A model generated the notes under the pieces. It was not told where the DNA came from. It did no database searches and saw only the letters and a list, made by a program, of their open reading frames with translations. Position numbers and translations under genes: made by a program. Positions 9,503 to 16,592 of a stretch of DNA of 32,000 nt are shown in pieces. How positions within the stretch are numbered: position 1 is the stretch's first letter; each line of letters starts with the position of its first letter. This DNA is from Desulfocapsa sulfexigens DSM 10523 (GTDB lineage Bacteria; Desulfobacterota; Desulfobulbia; Desulfobulbales; Desulfocapsaceae): the NCBI RefSeq assembly GCF_000341395.1, contig NC_020304.1, positions 2,640,001 to 2,672,000 on the forward strand, written 5' to 3'.

Positions 9503-9617
9503 TAATGATTTGTTGATGGATGTAATTCAAGGCCTCCAGTTGCATGCGTTCTTTTCAGCTGATCAATGTCACCAAGCGGAAAGAACCCATACTTCGGGAA
9601 TAAACAATAAAAAAAGG

Positions 9618-11423
9618 TCAAATGACGTGCTCTTCAGTGGAGACCGGCGGATGAATTGAGATAAGACTCAGCTCACACTCTGGTCGATCATTGCCGTTTG
9701 AATGAATGGGCAGACTGATGGTGATGGCAGTTCCCACTCCCGCACCACTCTCAACACGGATTTTGCCATGGTGTTGAGCAATGATCTTATAACATATTCC
9801 CAGCCCAAGTCCTGTTCCTTGTCCGACTGCTTTTTTGGTAAAGAACGGGTCAAAAATCCTTGGGAGATCTTCTTTCTCAATGCCACTTCCGGTGTCTGCA
9901 AAACGAATATGTACCATCTCTTCATCACAGGAGGTTGTGAGGGTGAGAGTGCCTTTTTTATCAGTGATTGCCTGAGTAGCATTATTCATTATATTGAGAA
10001 ATACCTGGTTGATCTTTCCTCCAGTGCAGAGTATCTCCGGAATTTCAGTGAATTCAGTTATGAGTTGTACCTTGTTTTTGTTTCTGAGATCCACAAACTT
10101 CCATGTGGAGAGAAGGGCTTTGTTGACATTGAATATATTAAAATCATCACTGTCCTGACGTGAAAACGAGGTGAGTTCCTGTATTATTTTGACACTGCGA
10201 CTACATCCTTCTGAGATAGAGTTCAGGACATGGTCGATATTGCTGTAGAGGTTTGTAATACCAATTGTTTTTCGTAATTTTTCTGCCCGCCTCAAACCTT
10301 CGAGCATTTCACTTTCAGTTTGTTTCGTTCCTGCCTCATGATAAGCCTCAGTAATCTTTTTGATTTCGGTTAGAGTTTTCCCCAGGATAGGTGCCGCAGT
10401 GACAATAAAGTTAATGTTGTTGTTGAACTCATGGGCGACCCCTGCAACCAATTGGCCCAGTGCTGCAAGTTTCTCGGTGTGAATCAGCTGAGCTTGAGCT
10501 TCTTTTGACTCCTGCAGTGCTTTCTCGAGGCTGGCATTACTTTTTTTGAGAGTGTCTTTTTTCTTATTAAGATCTTTATTTGCAAGGGCAAGTTCCTCGG
10601 TTCGTACTTTTACCTTTTCCTCAAGATTCTGGCGAAGTTCATCGATTGTGGAAAAAGACTGCTCAAGTCGTTCCAGTAACGTTGAATAGGTATTGTCCAG
10701 GATGTCGATTTCATCGTTATGTTTTCCTTCTCCATGAGCGTCTCCAACTTTATGAACCAGATCTCTCAGGGGACGCATCATTTTGTTTAGCAGGGTGATA
10801 GTGCTGAAGATGGCTAAAAACAGGGCAGTAGCAACCAGTATACCTGTTCGAATGATAAGCTGCTGAACCTCAATTTCAAATTTCTTTTTTGAAGTAGAGA
10901 TAGCCACCCATCCAATATGCTTTTTTTCTTGAATGGCAGTGGTTTTGTCTTGAAAATAGAGATCATCTTCATCATTGTAAGAAATACTGCTCATTACAGG
11001 CCACCAGAAGACAAAGGAATGAGGTCTGTCGAGAAAATGATTGCCTTCCAAATGAACTTTTGCCAGTTGGGTAAGGTAGTCATCATCTTCTCCTGCTGTT
11101 GCTTGATTATCGTGTTTGTCAAGGAGCACTTCTTTCTGGTTATTTAATATAACTACTCTGTAGATATCATCTTGGAGTAGCAGTGAATCAACCATTGGAT
11201 TCATCGCACTTGGCAGTTCAGAGAAGACGCCTATCTGGACCGACTGTGCCAGTAATCTGGCTGTGGCTAAGCCACTCTGACGGGTATGTCGAGTGTAACT
11301 TTTGCGTTGAATATTGATAAACAAGAGATCAAGACCAATGGCAAGAACCACCATGCCTCCAATAAAAAGGAGAAGAATTCGTGCATTATAGCTTCTCTTT
11401 ATATTTTTGATTGAGTTAATCAT
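9618..11423 (-). CDS. Membrane sensor histidine kinase (periplasmic loop, HAMP, coiled coil, HisKA, HATPase_c), no adjacent response regulator
   Basis: 601 aa with two TM segments flanking a ~150-aa extracytoplasmic region, H-box GVAHEFNNNINFI, and G-boxes DTGSGI and GTGLGLGI. The start lies 2 nt after the stop of the upstream binding-protein gene. Confidence 0.9.
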   Translation of the reverse strand: MINSIKNIKRSYNARILLLFIGGMVVLAIGLDLLFINIQRKSYTRHTRQSGLATARLLAQSVQIGVFSELPSAMNPMVDSLLLQDDIYRVVILNNQKEVLLDKHDNQATAGEDDDYLTQLAKVHLEGNHFLDRPHSFVFWWPVMSSISYNDEDDLYFQDKTTAIQEKKHIGWVAISTSKKKFEIEVQQLIIRTGILVATALFLAIFSTITLLNKMMRPLRDLVHKVGDAHGEGKHNDEIDILDNTYSTLLERLEQSFSTIDELRQNLEEKVKVRTEELALANKDLNKKKDTLKKSNASLEKALQESKEAQAQLIHTEKLAALGQLVAGVAHEFNNNINFIVTAAPILGKTLTEIKKITEAYHEAGTKQTESEMLEGLRRAEKLRKTIGITNLYSNIDHVLNSISEGCSRSVKIIQELTSFSRQDSDDFNIFNVNKALLSTWKFVDLRNKNKVQLITEFTEIPEILCTGGKINQVFLNIMNNATQAITDKKGTLTLTTSCDEEMVHIRFADTGSGIEKEDLPRIFDPFFTKKAVGQGTGLGLGICYKIIAQHHGKIRVESGAGVGTAITISLPIHSNGNDRPECELSLISIHPPVSTEEHVI

Positions 11424-11425
11424 AG

Positions 11426-12331
11426 TTATCGTGGGGAGGGGATGTAGTGAAGGTTAATCTTCTGGGCTGTTGTGGTATTGATTTTGATTTGTACGTTATC
11501 AGGCTGCACTGGATGAACGTCTGCAACAGGAACTCCAGCGAGTATTTGAAGTGCCAGTTCAGCTCCTTTTTCTCCAATTTCCTTCCAGTCTATAACAGTA
11601 GCCAGAGTGGCTCCATGGGACAGGTGCCTGGTGGAAAAACTAAAAAGAGGAATTTGCTGCTCAAGGGAGAAGCTGTAGTAGCTTTGTTCTGTCTGCGGTG
11701 ATACAGCTGTGATGTCCGGTACCATCCACAGAAGGTCGATTTTATTTTTTAAAGTTTCCAGCTGAGCTGCGACTTCTTTAGATGTTTTGATTGGTCTGAG
11801 AATGAAGGTGAGATCAGGCCTGGCTGCAACTGTTCGTAGAATCAGGGTTTCGGTTCTCTTGGGATCATAGACGACCCCAACTTTTTTAAGATTGGGAAGA
11901 ATTTTTAAAATTGCACTGAATTCGCTGCCGCCATCATGCTCCAAGGTGACTCCTGTGGCCTGGTGTCCCACAGGAAGGATGGATTGGGCATTGGGAACGA
12001 GAAGGTAAACCACAGGGCTGGAGCCAAGGGCTGCCATCTGTAAAGCTTTTTTGCCAATGGCAACCACCAGGTCTGGGTGTTGTTCTTCAATGATTTGGAG
12101 AACCGTAGAACGATTTCCTCCTTTTGTCATGGTATGGCTTTGAATAGAGTTTTCTGCGATGGCCTTGATGCCCTGGGTTGGAAGGCAAAGCTGCAAGCGC
12201 TCGGTAAATGCCCGCCGTGTGAGTTCGTAGGGGAGTGCCTCTCCAGATTGGATCACCAGGATTTCAAAGGCCCAGCTTTTTCCCAATAAGACCAAGAAAG
12301 AAAAGAGAGTGAGGAAAAGTGTTCGCTTCAT
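11426..12331 (-). CDS. Periplasmic ABC-type substrate-binding-like protein (PF04392/ABC_sub_bind-like), probable sensor partner of the downstream kinase
   Basis: 301 aa with a signal peptide (MKRTLFLTLFSFLVLLGKSWA). Family-typical pattern PDLVVAIG...PVVYLLV...TGV...LPNLKKVGVVYDP...IDLLWMVPD...IPLFSFS...GA...ILAG. No ABC permease or ATPase is adjacent. Confidence 0.72.
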   Translation of the reverse strand: MKRTLFLTLFSFLVLLGKSWAFEILVIQSGEALPYELTRRAFTERLQLCLPTQGIKAIAENSIQSHTMTKGGNRSTVLQIIEEQHPDLVVAIGKKALQMAALGSSPVVYLLVPNAQSILPVGHQATGVTLEHDGGSEFSAILKILPNLKKVGVVYDPKRTETLILRTVAARPDLTFILRPIKTSKEVAAQLETLKNKIDLLWMVPDITAVSPQTEQSYYSFSLEQQIPLFSFSTRHLSHGATLATVIDWKEIGEKGAELALQILAGVPVADVHPVQPDNVQIKINTTTAQKINLHYIPSPR

Positions 12332-12684
12332 TCAGACCCCATAAGTGGGGAAAGTGGCTTAATATAATGTGGTTTTTGGCACCATAATTGACTGATTTCT
12401 AAGCAAAACGATCTTTATATAGCATATCGATTTAAGCAAGGAAAACAAGAAAAGATTACATCGTTTCTATTGCTAATATGATAAAAAGTTTCTGAATTGC
12501 TTCATATTGCAAGAACCTTGATTTAATTTTTCTTTAGATTTTTATTTTTGGGTGGTAAGTTTTTTTTGTGAATAAAATTGTGAGAAATTTGAGAGTTAGC
12601 AGTAGGAATTGATTTATACTCTTCTTTCCTTTCCTCCCCCAAAAAAAATAATACCCTTGTAATTAATAAACAGCAAACAAGTCT

Positions 12685-14595
12685 ATGGAGAATAAGAAAT
12701 TGAGAAAAATACTATCAAGTAAGAGCATTGGTCTTTCACTGGGTTTGATACTTTTGGCTCCCTGTGCATGGGCAGAGGTAAACTTCTCAGATTCTGATGA
12801 TGGAGATGAGTTCCTTGCCCTTTATTATGGTGACACCCAGGAGGTGGAGAGTGCCACTCGTGCTCCCAAGCCTCTGTCTCGGGTGGCCGAAAACGTGACT
12901 GTTATTTCCGCAGAACAGATCGAAAGGATGAATGTTCATGGGGTGGATGAGGTGCTTAACCGGATTGCCGGTCTCTCTGTCGATTTTGCAGGTAGAGATT
13001 TTAACAATGCAGCCTATTTGAGTATCCATGATTCCAGCTACCAGCAGGTAGCGGTCTATCTGGATGGTATCCGTATTTCCAAGGCCACCGATGATGTGAT
13101 CTTCACTAATATGGTGCCGGTACGCATCATCAAACGCATCGAAGTGATTAAGGGAGCAGCGGGCTCTACCTGGGGGTCTGCACTGGGCGGAGTGATTAAC
13201 ATTATCACCAAAGATACCGGAGAGGCCAGCCGGCCCAGCGGTTCGCTCCGCGGATCTTTTGGCGAGTACGGCAGCCAGGATTACTCCGGGGATATTGCCG
13301 GGGCCTTTGGCCCTGTTGGTTATTATCTCTCAGCTACGGGTCAGAAGTCCGATGGCATCAAAGACGATAAAGCGTTTGAGAACAACAGTATCTATGGCAA
13401 GTTTGACTTTGATCTCTCTTCCAATATGCAATTGAGGGTGAGTGGAGCGTACACGGCACCGGAATACCAGATTAGTCACTTCCCACTCTCTGGATATGAC
13501 TTTGACGAGTATGTTACTGACCGCAGCAGCTTTGTTTCCGCCTCCTTTGATGCCATGGTCGTAAGTGGACTCAATCTTCACCTCAATGGCTATTTACTTG
13601 ATAACACCTTTATCCTCACAGATATAGACTTCGGTAGTGAGGTTCCCTGGTGGAAGGATCGTGATGAGCAGGAAACCACCGGCCTCAACGGGCGTATCGA
13701 TTACCATCTGGGCAAGCAGCAACTTGTGGCAGGTTTTGACTATCTGCGCAATAAAATTACCAGTAGTGATGAGCTGTCAACGGCTCCAGCTGCCAAACTC
13801 AGTGAAGAAACCCTTGCCTTTTATGGCAATGACACCATTGCCTTTGGCAAGCTGACCCTCGTCCCCGGCCTCCGCTATGACCGGATGTCGGATACCAGCG
13901 ATATGACCAGCCCCAGTCTTGGTGCCACCTGGCTGGCTGCCGAACACACCCTGCTCAGGGCTACCGTCAGCAAAGGATTCCGCAAACCTCCCATCGTTTT
14001 CACAGATACTGACAATGGGGCCTCGTGGGCTAACGATCAACTGGAGCCTGAACGGGTCTGGTCCTATCAGGTCGGATTGGAAACCGGGGCGGCCCGTTTC
14101 TGCCGCATTAAAAGTACCTTTTTCTATGATGATGTCAGCGATGCCTTCCATTGGGATGCTGATCTTTCCACCTATGATAATAGTGGCACCGAGACCCGAA
14201 AGGGGATAGAGCTTGAACTAGCTACTCTTCCCTGGAATTCCCTCTCCCTGGAGATGAATTTCACCTATACCCACACCGAGGATGATAATGGTGAAAATGG
14301 CTATCAACACGTCACCAACCTTATAGCCCTCTATGACAACCCAAATCTGATCACAGTGGAACTGAGCGGTAACTTTATCCACTACGGTGACCTGGAGGCC
14401 CCTGCTGCCTACAATCCTGTGGATGACGCCGTACTCTGGGATATCAGTATCAGTAAAAAAATCTGGTCAAATAAAGAGCTTAGCAGTGAGATCTTCTTTG
14501 TGGGTCATAACCTCACCAACGCCAGTCAGTACGCAGACGAATTACGAGCCAACTGTGGGCGCTGGCTGGAGGCAGGAATGAAGTTCTTTTTTTAA
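12685..14595 (+). CDS. TonB-dependent outer-membrane receptor
   Basis: 636 aa with a signal peptide ending CAWA, a plug domain (VTVISAEQIERMNVHGVDEVLNRIAGLSV, IEVIKGAAGSTWGS), a beta-barrel-like repeat pattern, and a terminal aromatic residue (...AGMKFFF). Confidence 0.9.
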   Translation: MENKKLRKILSSKSIGLSLGLILLAPCAWAEVNFSDSDDGDEFLALYYGDTQEVESATRAPKPLSRVAENVTVISAEQIERMNVHGVDEVLNRIAGLSVDFAGRDFNNAAYLSIHDSSYQQVAVYLDGIRISKATDDVIFTNMVPVRIIKRIEVIKGAAGSTWGSALGGVINIITKDTGEASRPSGSLRGSFGEYGSQDYSGDIAGAFGPVGYYLSATGQKSDGIKDDKAFENNSIYGKFDFDLSSNMQLRVSGAYTAPEYQISHFPLSGYDFDEYVTDRSSFVSASFDAMVVSGLNLHLNGYLLDNTFILTDIDFGSEVPWWKDRDEQETTGLNGRIDYHLGKQQLVAGFDYLRNKITSSDELSTAPAAKLSEETLAFYGNDTIAFGKLTLVPGLRYDRMSDTSDMTSPSLGATWLAAEHTLLRATVSKGFRKPPIVFTDTDNGASWANDQLEPERVWSYQVGLETGAARFCRIKSTFFYDDVSDAFHWDADLSTYDNSGTETRKGIELELATLPWNSLSLEMNFTYTHTEDDNGENGYQHVTNLIALYDNPNLITVELSGNFIHYGDLEAPAAYNPVDDAVLWDISISKKIWSNKELSSEIFFVGHNLTNASQYADELRANCGRWLEAGMKFFF

Positions 14596-14728
14596 AAGAA
14601 TAATAGAATGGAAGTACCTGACAGGAGAAGACGCAACAAGAGTATTTAATCCTCCAGTGAAAATGCCAACTGTACTCACTGGAATAGTTATCAATCCTCA
14701 AACAAGGAGATGAACATGAAGAAAATCC

Positions 14729-15154
14729 TTGTTGTTCGGATGGCTCCCTGAAGCCGCCATATTTCTTAGACAGCAGCTCATGGATTACGGTTGGGATTCC
14801 GACGGGATCACCCCCACGCCCTGTATGGTGGATCGCAACAATACCTTTACCATTCACTATGATGGAAATATCTACCAATGTCCGGCCCTTGTGGGCCAGG
14901 ATGAGCTGGCCTGTGGGGATATCCATCAAGGTATCCAAAACTATAGCAAGCAGTACCAGGTTAAAAACTGGGAGAACCATAAAGCCTGTCGCAATTGTCT
15001 TTATCTTCTGCTCTGTTTTGGTGGCTGTCGCTTTATGAAGTATCGTAAAGATCTCACCATGGATATCGACTGCAAAAAGAACTTCCTGGACGAAACCCTG
15101 GAATCTTTTGTTCTTCAGGATATAAAAGAAAGCAAAGTGCTTGTCAGAGAATAG
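14729..15154 (+). pseudogene. Radical-SAM maturase remnant: SPASM domain only (radical SAM core missing)
   Basis: Complete 7-Cys SPASM pattern: C-x13-G-x4-C (CMVDRNNTFTIHYDGNIYQC), then CRNCLYLLLCFGGC (C-x2-C-x5-C-x3-C), then a distal Cys. There is no CxxxCxxC domain and only 133 nt of upstream spacer. An SD-preceded ATG at 14716 is in a different frame and stops after 11 codons. Confidence 0.6.
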
Positions 15155-15500
15155 GAATTCTCTCTGCTGCAGTGATCCGATTCAAGATCTCATCCGTGTC
15201 CGCAATCCCGAACGTCATCACGAATACCTGTTGCTTTTTTCTTGCTAAGAAAGCTGGTTCTGCCCTCCACAAGATAACGTTTATATTCAGTCCTATTTAT
15301 TTTTATTTCTCTCCTTTTTGTGGTGCTAGTGATTTCAGTACTTCTGGCGTTTTTGGCTACTGTCCTGTCAAAAAAGACATATTTTATTCTGGACATTTGC
15401 CAAATTAAAACAGAGAATAATTTGAAGATTCAGTCAATTAATGCTTTTTCTTGTGAACAGTGATTCGGCTCTTCGAGAGCCATTACCATAGGTATTAATT

Positions 15501-16424
15501 ATGAATGCATTGGCGGAAACAGGTAGCCATAATGCGAATGAAGACACACTTCTGACGTTGCATATTAGTCAGGTTCCTGAAAATATCGGTCTCATTCGTA
15601 TTGTAAAAGATTTGGGTAATCCGAATAGAGAAGTTATAACTGATGGCTCCTGGTCAAAAGCAGAAATTAGACGTCTCAATAAAGAATATCCCCAGCTTGT
15701 GATTGAACTGCAGGTAACCTCTGAAGAAAAACTCTCTCTGCTGGTAAATCAGGTGACGAGCATCACAGAGAAAAGTTTTACGCTGGAAAAAATGTTCAAG
15801 GATGTAAATGCGGTAAAGGAAAGCTTAAAAGAGCGCGTAAGGGAGGTTTTCGATGATCAGATAATCTCCTTTAGAAATCGAATGACCATGACTTCATACG
15901 GTTTCAATGATGATATCTTAACAAAAAATGCTTCTTCATACAGTAACCTGATTACTTACTCAACCCAGTGTTTCGTCATTGGAATGCTCTTTGCAGAATA
16001 TCTTGATGAACTGAGTAGTCTCCAGAGAAATGTCTTAGGGAAATGTCTTATTCTTCACAAAATTGGGTATATAGAGACAATGAATGACTCTTCTAGCTTG
16101 TTAGATAGGACTGTTGCAATTTTAGAAAGTTCTGGATATGAAAGGGCCATTATACAGTTTGCAAAGAATCAAGGAACAGTAAGGTTTAAAAATAATAAAC
16201 TGAAAAATTTACTTCGAACCACAGAAATAGGGAAAATAGTAACCCATTATTGTAATTGTACAGTGAACTACCCAAGAATTACTCCACCATTTAAGACAAT
16301 AGAAAAATTCGAGGAAATTTTGGAGATATCAGGCAGACGGCGGGAGATGCTATTTGAACCAACCCTGTTGACAAAATTTGTTGAAATGATTCGTAAAGGG
16401 TTGGAGATGCCAGTAAGTAGGTAA
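15501..16424 (+). CDS. Hypothetical protein (orphan); C-terminal half weakly resembles a degenerate HD/HD-GYP-type domain
   Basis: 307-aa ORF in a low-GC stretch (about 28-40% GC in the 60-nt lines I counted, against ~48% in one neighbouring-gene line I counted). LILHKIGY sits where HD-GYP proteins have LLHDIGK, and the C-terminal FEPTLLTKFVEMI resembles the FDPxLxxxF tail. The catalytic residues are not conserved. Confidence 0.6.
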   Translation: MNALAETGSHNANEDTLLTLHISQVPENIGLIRIVKDLGNPNREVITDGSWSKAEIRRLNKEYPQLVIELQVTSEEKLSLLVNQVTSITEKSFTLEKMFKDVNAVKESLKERVREVFDDQIISFRNRMTMTSYGFNDDILTKNASSYSNLITYSTQCFVIGMLFAEYLDELSSLQRNVLGKCLILHKIGYIETMNDSSSLLDRTVAILESSGYERAIIQFAKNQGTVRFKNNKLKNLLRTTEIGKIVTHYCNCTVNYPRITPPFKTIEKFEEILEISGRRREMLFEPTLLTKFVEMIRKGLEMPVSR

Positions 16425-16452
16425 TTATATGAAACTGTTTGTAATAATCAAG

Positions 16453-16502
16453 CGACTCCAGGAATCGAAGTCCAGTATTCTATCCAGCTGAACCATGAGT
16501 GT
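16453..16502 (-). pseudogene. tRNA-Arg-like 5' fragment (acceptor 5' strand through variable loop; no T-arm)
   Basis: The minus-strand ACACTCATGGTTCAGCTGGATAGAATACTGGACTTCGATTCCTGGAGTCG matches about 40 of the first 50 nt of the intact tRNA-Arg(UCG) at 29005-29081. Similarity stops where the T-arm should begin, and the anticodon stem has mismatches. Confidence 0.55.
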
Positions 16503-16592
16503 TGTTGTGTGGTGCTTCAGATAATAAATATCTCTTATGTCCTGTTGGGAGTGCTCTTTTTTTTGTGGTGGCACAAATAACGCGGGAAACGC

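Noticed and set aside
12377-12391. A sigma-54-like promoter TGGCAC-CATAA-TTGA upstream of the TonB-dependent receptor.
   Set aside because: The -12 element lacks the conserved GC (TTGA instead of TTGC), and it lies ~295 nt from the start codon. It is a single hit with no supporting enhancer-like repeats.
12332-12684. A cobalamin riboswitch or Fur box upstream of the TonB-dependent receptor, and an M-box upstream of mgtE (27499-27563) or corA (25116-25169).
   Set aside because: I found no B12-box-like GC-rich core or Fur-box palindrome in the very AT-rich 353-nt spacer. The mgtE and corA leaders (about 65 and 54 nt) are too short for an M-box of about 160 nt.
15190-15396. A 68-aa minus-strand ORF (MSRIKYVFFDRTVAKNAR...) considered as the N-terminal remnant of a tyrosine integrase next to the tRNA fragment.
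   Set aside because: It has only a vague resemblance to arm-binding domains and no catalytic region or recognisable motif. It sits in AT-rich DNA where random ORFs are common. This cannot be supported without a database or HMM search.
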